The notes under the pieces are model-generated. The model was not told the origin of the DNA. It searched no databases and worked only from the letters and a program-made list of their open reading frames with translations. DNA of 64,000 bases from the human T2T-CHM13v2.0 reference genome, Homo sapiens: the NCBI RefSeq assembly GCF_009914755.1, contig NC_060925.1. One strand, 5' to 3'. A program made the position numbers and the translations under genes. Shown here one piece after another: positions 27,701 to 43,511 of this stretch (within the stretch, counting starts at the first letter, position 1; each line of letters opens with the position of its first letter).

Positions 27701-30700
27701 TCATCGAATGGTCTCGAATGGAATCATCTTCTAATGGAAAGGAATGGAATCATCGCATAGAATCGAATGGAATTATCATCGAATGGAATCGAATGGTATC
27801 AACACCAAACGGAAAAAAACGGAATTATCGAATGGAATCGAAGAGAATCTTCGAACGGACCCGAATGGAATCATCTAATGGAATGGAATGGAATAATCCA
27901 TGGACTCGAATGCAATCATCATCGAATGGAATCGAATGGAATCATCGAATGGACTCGAATGGAATAATCATTGAACGGAATCGAATGGAATCATCATCGG
28001 ATGGAAACGAATGGAATCATCATCGAATGGAAATGAAAGGAATCATCATCTAATGGAATTGCATGGAATCATCATAAAATGGAATCGAATGGAATCAACA
28101 TCAAATCGAATCAAACGGAATCATTGAACGGAATTGAATGGAATCGTCATCGAATGAATTGACTGCAATCATCGAATGGTCTCGAATGGAATCATCTTCA
28201 AATGGAATGGAATGGAATCATCGCATAGAATCGAATGGAATTATCACCGAAAGCAATCGAATGGAATCAACATCCAATGGAAAAAAACGGAATTATCGAA
28301 TGGAATCGAAGAGAATCATCGAATGGACCCGAATGGAATCATCTAATGGAATGGAATGGAATAATCCATGGACTCGAATGCAATCATCATCGAATGGAAT
28401 CGAATGGAATCATCGAATGGACTCGAATGGAATAATCATTGAACGGAATAGAATGGAATCATCATCGGACGGAAATGAATGGAATCATCATCGAATGGAA
28501 TCGAATAGAATTATGGAATGAAATCCAGTGTGATCATCATCGAATGGACCCGAATGGAATCATCATCCAACGGAAGCTAATGGAATCAACATCGAATGAA
28601 TCAAATGGAAACACCATCGAATTGAAACGAATGGAATTATCATGAAATTGAAATGGATGGACTCATCATCGAATGGATTCGAAAGGAATCATCGAATAAA
28701 ATTGATTGAAATCATCATCGAATGGAATCGAATGGTATCATTGAATGGAATCGAATGGAATCATCATCAGATGGAAATGAATGGAATCGTCATAGAATGG
28801 AATCGAATGGATTCATTGAATGGAATCAGATGGAATCATCGAATGGACTGGAATGGAATCATTGAATGGACTCGAAAGGGATCATGATTGAATGGAATTG
28901 AATGGAATCATCGAATGGTCTCGATTGGAATCATTATCAAATGGAATCGAATGGAATCACCGAATAGAATCGAATGGAACAATCATCGAATGGACTCAAA
29001 TGGAATTATCCTCCAATGGAATCGAATGGAATTATCGAATGCAATCGAATGGAATTATCGAATGCAATCGAATAGAATCATCGAATGGACTCGAATGGAA
29101 TCATCGAATGGAATGGAATGGAACAGTCAATGAACTCGAATGGAATCATCATTGAATGGAATCGAATGGAATCATCGAGTGGAATCGAATGGAATTATGA
29201 TCAAATGGAATCGAATGTAATCATCATCAAATGGAATCAAAAATAACCATCATCAATTGGTATTGAATGGAATTGTCATCAAATGGAATTCAAAGGAATC
29301 AATATCAAATGGAACCGAATGGAATCCTCATTGAATGGAAATGAAAGGGGTCATCATCTAATGGAATCGCATGGAATCATCATCAAATGGAATCGAATGG
29401 AATCATCATCAAATGGAATCTAATGGAATCATTGAACAGAATTGAATGGAATCGTCATCGAATGAATTGAATGCAATCATCGAATGGTCTCGAATGGAAT
29501 CATCTTCTAATGGAAAGGAATGGAATCATCGCATAGAATCGAATGGAATTATCATCGAATGGAATCGAATGGTATCAACACCAAACGGAAAAAAACGGAA
29601 TTATCGAATGGAATCGAAGAGAATCTTCGAACGGACCCGAATGGAATCATCTAATGGAATGGAATGGAATAATCCATGGACTCGAATGCAATCATCATCG
29701 AATGGAATGGAATGGAATCATCGAATGGACTCGAATGGAATAATCATTGAACGGAATCGAATGGAATCATCATCGGATGGAAACGAATGGAATCATCATC
29801 GAATGGAAATGAAAGGAGTCATCATCTAATGGAATTGCATGGAATCATCATAAAATGGAATCGAATGGAATCAACATCAAATGGAATCAAAAGGAATCAT
29901 TGAACGGAATTGAATGGAATCGTCATCGAATGAATTGACTGCAATCATCCAATGGTCTCGAATGAATCATCTTCAAATGGAATGGAATGGAATCATCGCA
30001 TAGAATCGAATGGAATTATCATCGAATGGAATCGAATGGAATCAACATCAAACGGAAAAAAACGGAATTATCGAATGGAATCGAAGAGAATCATCGAATG
30101 GACCCGAATGGAATCATCTAATGGAATGGAATGGAATAATCCATGGACTCGAATGCAATCATCATCGAATGGAATCGAATGGAATCATCGAGTGGACTCG
30201 AATGGAATAATCATTGAACGGAATCGAATGGAATCATCATCGGATGGAAATGAATGGAATCATCATCGAATGGAATCGAATAGAATTATGGAATGAAATC
30301 CAGTGTGATCATCATCGAATGGACCCGAATGGAATCATCATCCAACGGAAGCTAATGGAATCAACATCGAATGAATCGAATGGAAACACCATCGAATTGA
30401 AACGAATGGAATTATCATGAAATTGAAATGGATGGACTCATCATCGAATGGATTCGAATGGAATCATCGAATAAAATTGATTGAAATCATCATCGAATGG
30501 AATCGAATGGTATCATTGAATGGAATCGAATGAAATCATCATCAGATGGAAATGAATGGAATCGTCATAGATTGGAATCGAATGGATTCATTGAATGGAA
30601 TCAGATGGAATCATCGAATGGACTGGAATGGAATCATTGAATGGACTCGAAAGGGGTCATGATTGAATGGAATTGAATGGAATCATCGAATGGTCTCGAT

Positions 30701-32996
30701 TGGAATCATTATCAAATGGAATCGAATGGAATCACCGAATAGAATCGAATGGAACAATCATCGAATGGACTCAAATGGAATTATCCTCAAATGGAATCGA
30801 ATGGAATTATCGAATGCAATCGAATGGAATTATCGAATGCAATCGAATAGAATCATCGAATGGACTCGAATGGAATCATCGAATGGAATGGAATGGAACA
30901 GTCAATGAACACGAATGGAATCATCATTGAATGGAATCGAATGGAATCATCGAGTGGAATCGAATTGAATTATGATCAAATGGAATCGAATGTAATCATC
31001 ATCAAATGGAATCAAAAATAACCATCATCAATTGCTATTGAATGGAATTGTCATCAAATGGAATTCAAAGGAATCATCATCAAATGGAACCGAATGGAAT
31101 CCTCATTGAATGGAAATGAAAGGGGTCATCATCTAATGGAATCGCATGGAATCATCATCAAATGGAATCAAATGGAATCATCATCAAATGGAATCTAATG
31201 GAATCATTGAACAGAATTGAATGGAATCGTCATCGAATGAATTGAATGCAATCATCGAATGGTCTCGAATGGAATCATCTTCTAATGGAAAGGAATGGAA
31301 TCATCGCATAGAATCGAATGGAATTATCATCGAATGGAATCGAATGGTATCAACACCAAACGGAAAAAAACGGAATTATCGAATGGAATCGAAGAGAATC
31401 TTCGAACGGACCCGAATGGAATCATCTAATGGAATGGAATGGAATAATCCATGGACTCGAATGCAATCATCATCGAATGGAATCGAATGGAATCATCGAA
31501 TGGACTCGAATGGAATAATCATTGAACGGAATCGAATGGAATCATCATCGGATGGAAACGAATGGAATCATCATCGAATGGAAATGAAAGGAGTCATCAT
31601 CTAATGCAATTGCATGGAATCATCATCAAATGGAATCGAATGGAATCAACATCAAATGGAATCTAATGGAATCATTGAACAGAATTGAATGGAATCGTCA
31701 TCGAATGAATTGACTGCAATCATCGAATGGTCTCGAATGGAATCATCTTCAAATGGAATGGAATGGAATCATCGCATAGAATCGAATGGAATTATCATCG
31801 AATGGAATCGAATGGAATCAACATCAAACGGAAAAAAACAGAATTATCGAATGGAATCGAAGAGAATCATCGCATGGACCCGAATGGAATCATCTAATGG
31901 AATGGAATGGAATAATCCATGGACTCGAATGCAATCATCATCGAATGGAATCGAATGGAATCATCGAGTGGACTCGAATGGAATAATCATTGAACGGAAT
32001 CGAATGGAATCATCATCGGATGGAAATGAATGGAATCATCATCGAATGGAATCGAATAGAATTATGGAATGAAATCCAGTGTGATCATCATCGAATGGAC
32101 CCGAATGGAATCATCATCCAACGGAAGCTAATGGAATCAACATCGAATGAATCAAATGGAAACACCATCGAATTGAAACGAATGGAATTATCATGAAATT
32201 GAAATGGATGGACTCATCATCGAATGGATTCGAATGGAATCATCGAATAAAATTGATTGAAATCATCATCGAATGGAATCGAATGGTATCATTGAATGGA
32301 ATCGAATGGAATCATCATCAGATGGAAATGAATGGAATCGTCATAGAATGGAATCGAATGGATTCATTGAATGGAATCAGATGGAATCATCGAATGGACT
32401 GGAATGGAATCATTGAATGGACTCGAAAGGGATCATGATTGAATGGAATTGAATGGAATCATCGAATGGTCTCGATTGGAATCATTATCAAATGGAATCG
32501 AATGGAATCACCGAATAGAATCGAATGGAACAATCATCGAATGGACTCAAATGGAATTATCCTCAAATGGAATCAAATGGAATTATCGAATGCAATCGAA
32601 TGGAATTATCGAATGCAATCGAATAGAATCATCGAATGGACTCGAATGGAATCATCGAATGGAATGGAATGGAACAGTCAATGAACTCGAATGGAATCAT
32701 CATTGAATGGAATCGAATGGAATCATCGAGTGGAATCGAATGGAATTATGATCAAATGCAATCGAATGTAATCCTCATCAAATGGAATCAAAAATAACCA
32801 TCATCAATTGGTATTGAATGGAATTGTCATCAAATGGAATTCAAAGGAATCATCATCAAATGGAACCGAATGGAATCCTCATTGAATGGAAATGAAAGGG
32901 GTCATCATCTAATGGAATCGCATGGAATCATCATCAAATGGAATCGAATGGAATCATCATCAAATGGAATCTAATGGAATCATTGAACAGAATTGA

Positions 32997-34059
32997 ATGG
33001 AATCGTCATCGAATGAATTGAATGCAATCATCGAATGGTCTCGAATGGAATCATCTTCTAATGGAAAGGAATGGAATCATCGCATAGAATCGAATGGAAT
33101 TATCATCGAATGGAATCGAATGGTATCAACACCAAACGGAAAAAAACGGAATTATCGAATGGAATCGAAGAGAATCTTCGAACGGACCCGAATGGAATCA
33201 TCTAATGGAATGGAATGGAATAATCCATGGACTCGAATGCAATCATCATCGAATGGAATCGAATGGAATCATCGAATGGACTCGAATGGAATAATCATTG
33301 AACGGAATCGAATGGAATCATCATCGGATGGAAACGAATGGAATCATCATCGAATGGAAATGAAAGGAGTCATCATCTAATGGAATTGCATGGAATCATC
33401 ATAAAATGGAATCGAATGGAATCAACATCAAATCGAATCAAACGGAATCATTGAACAGAATTGAATGGAATCGTCATCGAATGAATTGACTGCAATCATC
33501 GAATGGTCTCGAATGGAATCATCTTCAAATGGAATGGAATGGAATCATCGCATAGAATCGAATGGAATTATCACCGAATGGAATCGAATGGAATCAACAT
33601 CAAACGGAAAAAAACGGAATTATCGAATGGAATCGAAGAGAATCATCGAATGGACCCGAATGGAATCATCTAATGGAATGGAATGGAATAATCCATGGAC
33701 TCGAATGCAATCATCATCGAATGGAATCGAATGGAATCATCGAACGAACTCGAATGGAATCATCATTGAATGGAATCGAATGGAATCATCGAGTGGAATC
33801 GAATGGAATTATGATCAAATGGAATCGAATGTAATCATCATCAAATGGAATCAAAAATAACCATCATCAATTGGTATTGAATGGAATTGTCATCAAATGG
33901 AATTCAAAGGAATCATCATCAAATGGAACCGAATGGAATCCTCATTGAATGGAAATGAAAGGGGTCATCATCTAATGGAATCGCATGGAATCATCATCAA
34001 ATGGAATCGAATGGAATCATCATCAAATGGAATCTAATGGAATCATTGAACAGAATTGA
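32997..34059 (+). repeat. Truncated 1063-bp unit (713-bp deletion)
   Basis: Subunit B joins directly to gaactcgaatggaatcatcattg at ~33745. The aatccagtgt to aacagtc segment is missing. Confidence 0.9.
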
Positions 34060-37000
34060 ATGGAATCGTCATCGAATGAATTGAATGCAATCATCGAATG
34101 GTCTCGAATGGAATCATCTTCTAATGGAAAGGAATGGAATCATCGCATAGAATCGAATGGAATTATCATCGAATGGAATCGAATGGTATCAACACCAAAC
34201 GGAAAAAAACGGAATTATCGAATGGAATCGAAGAGAATCTTCGAACGGACCCGAATGGAATCATCTAATGGAATGGAATGGAATAATCCATGGACTCGAA
34301 TGCAATCATCATCGAATGGAATCGAATGGAATCATCGAATGGACTCGAATGGAATAATCATTGAACGGAATCGAATGGAATCATCATCGGATGGAAACGA
34401 ATGGAATCATCATCGAATGGAAATGAAAGGAGTCATCATCTAATGGAATTGCATGGAATCATCATAAAATGGAATCGAATGGAATCAACATCAAATGGAA
34501 TCAAATGGAATCATTGAACGGAATTGAATGGAATCGTCATCGAATGAATTGACTGCAATCATCGAATGGTCTCGAATGGAATCATCTTCCAATGGAATGG
34601 AATGGAATCATCGCATAGAATCGAATGGAATTATCATCGAATGGAATCGAATGGAATCAACATCAAACGGAAAAAAACGGAATTATCGAATGGAATCGAA
34701 GAGAATCATCGAATGGACCCGAATGGAATCATCTAATGGAATGGAATGGAATAATCCATGGACTCGAATGCAATCATCATCGAATGGAATCGAATGGAAT
34801 CATCGAATGGACTCGAATGGAATAATCATTGAACGGAATCGAATGGAATCATCATCGGATGGAAATGAATGGAATCATCATCGAATGGAATCGAATAGAA
34901 TTATGGAATGAAATCCAGTGTGATCATCATCGAATGGACCCGAATGGAATCATCATCCAACGGAAGCTAATGGAATCAACATCGAATGAATCGAATGGAA
35001 ACACCATCGAATTGAAACGAATGGAATTATCATGAAATTGAAATGGATGGACTCATCATCGAATGGATTCGAATGGAATCATCGAATAAAATTGATTGAA
35101 ATCATCATCGAATGGAATCGAATGGTATCATTGAATGGAATCGAATGGAATCATAATCAGATGGAAATGAATGGAATCGTCATAGAATGGAATCGAATGG
35201 ATTCATTGAATGGAATCAGATGGAATCATCGAATGGACTGGAATGGAATCATTGAATGGACTTGAAAGGGATCATGATTCAATGGAATTTAATGGAATCA
35301 TCGAATGGTCTCGATTGGAATCATTATCAAATGGAATCGAATGGAATCACCGAATAGAATCGAATGGAACAATCATCGAATGGACTCAAATGGAATTATC
35401 CTCAAATGGAATCGAATGGAATTATCGAATGCAATCGAATGGAATTATCGAATGCAATCGAATAGAATCATCGAATGGACTCGAATGGAATCATCGAATG
35501 GAATGGAATGGAACAGTCAATGAACACGAATGGAATCATCATTGAATGGAATCGAATGGAATCATCAAGTGGAATCGAATGGAATTATGATCAAATGGAA
35601 TCGAATGTAATCATCATCAAATGGAATCAAAAATAACCATCATCAATTGCTATTGAATGGAATTGTCATCAAATGGAATTCAAAGGAATCATCATCAAAT
35701 GGAACCGAATGGAATCCTCATTGAATGGAAATGAAAGGGGTCATCATCTAATGGAATCGCATGGAATCATCATAAAATGGAATCGAATGGAATCATCATC
35801 AAATGGAATCTAATGGAATCATTGAACAGAATTGAATGGAATCGTCATCGAATGAATTGAATGCAATCATCCAATGGTCTCGAATGGAATCATCTTCTAA
35901 TGGAAAGGAATGGAATCATCGCATAGAATCGAATGGAATTATCATCGAATGGAATCGAATGGTATCAACACCAAACGGAAAAAAACGGAATTATCGAATG
36001 GAATCGAAGAGAATCTTCGAACGGACCCGAATGGAATCATCTAATGGAATGGAATGGAATAATCCATGGACTCGAATGCAATCATCATCGAATGGAATCG
36101 AATGGAATCATCGAATGGACTCGAATGGAATAATCATTGAAAGGAATCGAATGGAATCATCATCGGATGGAAACGAATGGAATCATCATCGAATGGAAAT
36201 GAAAGGAGTCATCATCTAATGCAATTGCATGGAATCATCATCAAATGGAATCGAATGGAATCAACATCAAATGGAATCTAATGGAGTCATTGAACAGAAT
36301 TGAATGGAATCGTCATCGAATGAATTGACTGCAATCATCGAATGGTCTCGAATGGAATCATCTTCAAATGGAATGGAATGGAATCATCGCATAGAATCGA
36401 ATGGAATTATCATCGAATGGAATCGAATGGAATCAACATCAAACGGAAAAAAACGGAATTATCGAATGGAATCGAAGAGAATCATCGAATGGACCCGAAT
36501 GGAATCATCTAATGGAATGGAATGGAATAATCCATGGACTCGAATGCAATCATCATCGAATGGAATCGAATGGAATCATCGAGTGGACTCGAATGGAATA
36601 ATCATTGAACGGAATCGAATGGAATCATCATCGGATGGAAATGAATGGAATCATCATCGAATGGAATCGAATAGAATTATGGAATTAAATCCAGTGTGAT
36701 CATCATCGAATGGACCCGAATGGAATCATCATCCAACGGAAGCTAATGGAATCAACATCGAATGAATCAAATGGAAACAACATCGAATTGAAACGAATGG
36801 AATTATCATGAAATTGAAATGGATGGACTCATCATCGAATGGATTCGAATGGAATCATCGAATAAAATTGATTGAAATCATCATCCAATGGAATCGAATG
36901 GTATCATTGAATGGAATCGAATGGAATCATCATCAGATGGAAATGAATGGAATCGTCATAGAATGGAATCGAATGGATTCATTGAATGGAATCAGATGGA

Positions 37001-40000
37001 ATCATCGAATGGACTGGAATGGAATCATTGAATGGACTCGAAAGGGATCATGATTGAATGGAATTGAATGGAATCATCGAATGGTCTCGATTGGAATCAT
37101 TATCAAATGGAATCGAATGGAATCACCGAATAGAATCGAATGGAACAATCATCGAATGGACTCAAATGGAATTATCCTCCAATGGAATCGAATGGAATTA
37201 TCGAATGCAATCGAATGGAATTATCGAATGCAATCGAATAGAATCATCGAATGGACTCGAATGGAATCATCGAATGGAATGGAATGGAACAGTCAATGAA
37301 CTCGAATGGAATCATCATTGAATGGAATCGAATGGAATCATCGAGTGGAATCGAATGGAATTATGATCAAATGGAATCGAATCTAATCATCATCAAATGG
37401 AATCAAAAATAACCATCATCAATTGGTATTGAATGGAATTGTCATCAAATGGAATTCAAAGGAATCATCATCAAATGGAACCGAATGGAATCCTCATTGA
37501 ATGGAAATGAAAGGGGTCATCATCTAATGGAATCGCATGGAATCATCATCAAATGGAATCGAATGGAATCATCATCAAATGGAATCTAATGGAATCATTG
37601 AACAGAATTGAATGGAATCGTCATCGAATGAATTGAATGCAATCATCGAATGGTCTCGAATGGAATCATCTTCTAATGGAAAGGAATGGAATCATCGCAT
37701 AGAATCGAATGGAATTATCATCGAATGGAATCGAATGGTATCAACACCAAACGGAAAAAAACGGAATTATCGAATGGAATCGAAGAGAATCTTCGAACGG
37801 ACCCGAATGGAATCATCTAATGGAATGGAATGGAATAATCCATGGACTCGAATGCAATCATCATCGAATGGAATCGAATGGAATCATCGAATGGACTCGA
37901 ATGGAATAATCATTGAACGGAATCGAATGGAATCATCATCGGATGGAAACGAATGGAATCATCATCGAATGGAAATGAAAGGAGTCATCATCTAATGGAA
38001 TTGCATGGAATCATCATAAAATGGAATCGAATGGAATCAACATCAAATGGAATCAAATGGAATCATTGAACGGAATTGAATGGAATCATCATCGAATGAA
38101 TTGACTGCAATCATCGAATGGTCTCGAATGGAATCATCTTCAAATGGAATGGAATGGAATCATCGCATAGAATCGAATGGAATTATCATCGAATGGAATG
38201 GAATGGAATCAACATCAAACGGAAAAAAACGGAATTATCGAATGGAATCGAAGAGAATCATCGAATGGACCCGAATGGAATCATCTAATGGAATGGAATG
38301 GAATAATCCATTGACTCGAATGCAATCATCATCCAATGGAATCGAATGGAATCATCGAATGGACTCGAATGGAATAATCATTGAACGGAATCGAATGGAA
38401 TCATCATCGGATGGAAATGAATGGAATCATCATCGAATGGAATCGAATAGAATTATGGAATGAAATCCAGTGTGATCATCATCGAATGGACCCGAATGGA
38501 ATCATCATCCAACGGAAGCTAATGGAATCAACATCGAATGAATCGAATGGAAACACCATCGAATTGAAACGAATGGAATTATCATGAAATTGAAATGGAT
38601 GGACTCATCATCGAATGGATTCGAATGGAATCATCGAATAAAATTGATTGAAATCATCATCGAATGGAATCGAATGGTATCATTGAATGGAATCGAATGG
38701 AATCATAATCAGATGGAAATGAATGGAATCGTCATAGAATGGAATCGAATGGATTCATTGAATGGAATCAGATGGAATCATCGAATGGACTGGAATGGAA
38801 TCATTGAATGGACTTGAAAGGGATCATGATTGAATGGAATTGAATGGAATCATCGAATGGTCTCGATTGGAATCATTATCAAATGGAATCGAATGGAATC
38901 ACCGAATAGAATCGAATGGAACAATCATCGAATGGACTCAAATGGAATTATCCTCAAATGGAATCGAATGGAATTATCGAATGCAATCGAATGGAATTAT
39001 CGAATGCAATCGAATAGAATCATCGAATGGACTCGAATGGAATCATCGAATGGAATGGAATGGAACAGTCAATGAACACGAATGGAATCATCTTTGAATG
39101 GAATCGAATGGAATCATCGAGTGGAATCGAATGGAATTATGATCAAATGGAATCGAATGTAATCATCATCAAATGGAATCAAAAATAACCATCATCAATT
39201 GGTATTGAATGGAATTGTCATCAAATGGAATTCAAAGGAATCATCATCAAATGGAACCGAATGGAATCCTCATTGAATGGAAATGAAAGGGGTCATCATC
39301 TTATGGAATCGCATGGAATCATCATCAAATGGAATCGAATGGAATCATCATCAAATGGAATCTAATGGAATCATTGAACAGAATTGAATGGAATCGTCAT
39401 CGAATGAATTGAATGCAATCATCGAATGGTCTCGAATGGAATCATCTTCTAATGGAAAGGAATGGAATCATCGCATAGAATCGAATGGAATTATCATCGA
39501 ATGGAATCGAATGGTATCAACACCAAACGGAAAAAAACGGAATTATCGAATGGAATCGAAGAGAATCTTCGAACGGACCCGAATGGAATCATCTAATGGA
39601 ATGGAATGGAATAATCCATGGACTCGAATGCAATCATCATCGAATGGAATCGAATGGAATCATCGAATGGACTCGAATGGAATAATCATTGAAAGGAATC
39701 GAATGGAATCATCATCGGATGGAAACGAATGGAATCATCATCGAATGGAAATGAAAGGAGTCATCATCTAATGCAATTGCATGGAATCATCATCAAATGG
39801 AATCGAATGGAATCAACATCAAATGGAATCTAATGGAATCATTGAACAGAATTGAATGGAATCGTCATCGAATGAATTGACTGCAATCATCGAATGGTCT
39901 CGAATGGAATCATCTTCAAATGGAATGGAATGGAATCATCGCATAGAATCGAATGGAATTATCATCGAATGGAATCGAATGGAATCAACATCAAACGGAA

Positions 40001-41163
40001 AAAAACGGAATTATCGAATGGAATCGAAGAGAATCATCGAATGGACCCGAATGGAATCATCTAATGGAATGGAATGGAATAATCCATGGACTCGAATGCA
40101 ATCATCATCGAATGGAATCGAATGGAATCATCGAGTGGACTCGAATGGAATAATCATTGAACGGAATCGAATGGAATCATCATCGGATGGAAATGAATGG
40201 AATCATCATCGAATGGAATCGAATAGAATTATGGAATTAAATCCAGTGTGATCATCATCGAATGGACCCGAATGGAATCATCATCCAACGGAAGCTAATG
40301 GAATCAACATCGAATGAATCAAATGGAAACACCATCGAATTGAAACGAATGGAATTATCATGAAATTGAAATGGATGGACTCATCATCGAATGGATTCGA
40401 ATGGAATCATCGAATAAAATTGATTGAAATCATCATCGAATGGAATCGAATGGTATCATTGAATGGAATCGAATGGAATCATCATCAGATGGAAATGAAT
40501 GGAATCGTCATAGAATGGAATCGAATGGATTCATTGAATGGAATCAGATGGAATCATCGAATGGACTGGAATGGAATCATTGAATGGACTCGAAAGGGAT
40601 CATGATTGAATGGAATTGAATGGAATCATCGAATGGTCTCGATTGGAATCATTATCAAATGGAATCGAATGGAATCACCGAATAGAATCGAATGGAACAA
40701 TCATCGAATGGACTCAAATGGAATTATCCTCAAATGGAATCGAATGGAATTATCGAATGCAATCGAATGGAATTATCGAATGCAATCGAATAGAATCATC
40801 GAATGGACTCGAATGGAATCATCGAATGGAATGGAATGGAACAGTCAATGAACTCGAATGGAATCATCATTGAATGGAATCGAATGGAATCATCGAGTGG
40901 AATCGAATGGAATTATGATCAAATGGAATCGAATGTAATCATCATCAAATGGAATCAAAAATAACCATCATCAATTGGTATTGAATGGAATTGTCATCAA
41001 ATGGAATTCAAAGGAATCATCATCAAATGGAACCGAATGGAATCCTCATTGAATGGAAATGAAAGGGGTCATCATCTAATGGAATCGCATGGAATCATCA
41101 TCAAATGGAATCGAATGGAATCATCATCAAATGGAATCTAATGGAATCATTGAACTGAATTGA

Positions 41164-42226
41164 ATGGAATCGTCATCGAATTAATTGAATGCAATCATCG
41201 AATGGTCTCGAATGGAATCATCTTCTAATGGAAAGGAATGGAATCATCGCATAGAATCGAATGGAATTATCATCGAATGGAATCGAATGGTATCAACACC
41301 AAACGGAAAAAAACGGAATTATCGAATGGAATCGAAGAGAATCTTCGAACGGACCCGAATGGAATCATCTAATGGAATGGAATGGAATAATCCATGGACT
41401 CGAATGCAATCATCATCGAATGGAATCGAATGGAATCATCGAATGGACTCGAATGGAATAATCATTGAACGGAATCGATTGGAATCATCATCGGATGGAA
41501 ACGAATGGAATCATCATCGAATGGAAATGAAAGGAGTCATCATCTAATGGAATTGCATGGAATCATCATAAAATGGAATCGAATGGAATCAACATCAAAT
41601 CGAATCAAACGGAATCATTGAACGGAATTGAATGGAATCGTCATCGAATGAATTGACTGCAATCATCGAATGGTCTCGAATGGAATCATCTTCAAATGGA
41701 ATGGAATGGAATCATCGCATAGAATCGAATGGAATTATCACCGAAAGCAATTGAATGGAATCAATATCAAACGGAAAAAAACGGAATTATCGAATGGAAT
41801 CGAAGAGAATCATCGAATGGACCCGAATGGAATCATCTAATGGAATGGAATGGAATAATCCATGGACTCGAATGCAATCATCATCGAATGGAATCGAATG
41901 GAATTATCGAATGAACTCGAATGGAATCATCATTGAATGGAATCGAATGGAATCATCGAGTGGAATCGAATGGAATTATGATCAAATGGAATCGAATGTA
42001 ATCATCATCAAATGGAATCAAAAATAACCATCATCAATTGGTATTCAATGGAATTGTCATCAAATGGAATTCAAAGGAATCATCATCAAATGGAACCGAA
42101 TGGAATCCTCATTGAATGGAAATGAAAGGGGTCATCATCTAATGGAATCACATGGAATCATCATCAAATGGAATCGAATGGAATCTTCATCAAATGGAAT
42201 CTAATGGAATCATTGAACAGAATTGA
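41164..42226 (+). repeat. Truncated 1063-bp unit (same 713-bp deletion)
   Basis: Junction at ~41910, same missing segment and same length. Confidence 0.9.
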
Positions 42227-43511
42227 ATGGAATCGTCATCGAATGAATTGAATGCAATCATCGAATGGTCTCGAATGGAATCATCTTCTAATGGAAAGGA
42301 ATGGAATCATCGCATAGAATCGAATGGAATTATCATCGAATGGAATCGAATGGTATCAACACCAAGCGGAAAAAAACGGAATTATCGAAAGGAATCGAAG
42401 AGAATCTTCGAACGGACCCGAATGGAATCATCTAATGGAATGGAATGGAATAATCCATGGACTCGAATGCAATCATCATCGAATGGAATCGAATGGAATC
42501 ATCGAATGGACTCGAATGGAATAATCATTGAACGGAATCGAATGGAATCATCATCGGATGGAAATGAATGGAATCATCATCGAATGGAATCGAATAGAAT
42601 TATGGAATGAAATCCAGTGTGATCATCATCGAATGGACCCGAATGGAATCATCATCCAACAGAAGCTAATGGAATCAACATCGAATGAATCGAATGGAAA
42701 CACCATCGAATTCAAATGAATGGAATTACCATGAAATTGAAATGGATGGACTCATCATCGAATGGATTCGGATGGAATCATCGAATAAAATTGATTGAAA
42801 TCATCATCGAATGAAATCGAATGGTATCATTGAATGGAATCGAATGGAATCATCATCAGATGGAAATGAATGGAATCGTCATAGAATGGAATCGAATGGA
42901 TTCATTGAATGGAATCAGATGGAATCATCGAATGGACTGGAATGGAATCATTGAATGGACTCGAAAGGGATCATGATTGAATGGAATTGAATGGAATCAT
43001 CGAATGGTCTCGATTGGAATCATTATTAAATGGAATCGAATGGAATCACCGAATAGAATCGAATGGAACAATCATCGAATGGACTCAAATGGAATTATCC
43101 TTAAATGGAATCGAATGGAATTATCGAATGCAATCGAATAGAATCATTGAATGGACTCGAATGGAATCATCGAATGGAATGGAATGGAACAGTCAATGAA
43201 CTCGAATGGAATCATCATTGAATGGAATCGAATGGAATCATCGAGTGGAATCGAATGGAATTATGATCAAATGGAATCGAATCTAATCATCATCAAATGG
43301 AATCAAAAATAACCGTCATCAATTGGTATTGAATGGAATTGTCATCAAATGGAATTCAAAGGAATCATCATCAAATGGAACCGAATGGAATCCTCATTGA
43401 ATGGAAATGAAAGGGGTCATCATCTAATGGAATCGCATGGAATCATCATCAAATGGAATCGAATGGAATCATCATCAAATGGAATCTAATGGAATCATTG
43501 AACAGAATTGA
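42227..43511 (+). repeat. 1285-bp unit: A/B fusion (-468 bp) plus a 23-bp deletion
   Basis: A-type markers run straight into the B-type end (ggaaatgaatgg...aatagaattatgg). Only one ggaattatcgaatgcaatcgaat copy remains at ~43117. Confidence 0.88.

Noticed and set aside
32997-34059. 713 = 31x23, 468 = 18x26 and 147 = 3x49 or nucleosome length
   Set aside because: These segments contain mixed and irregular monomers, so the exact multiples are probably coincidence. Nothing in the sequence tests a nucleosome link.
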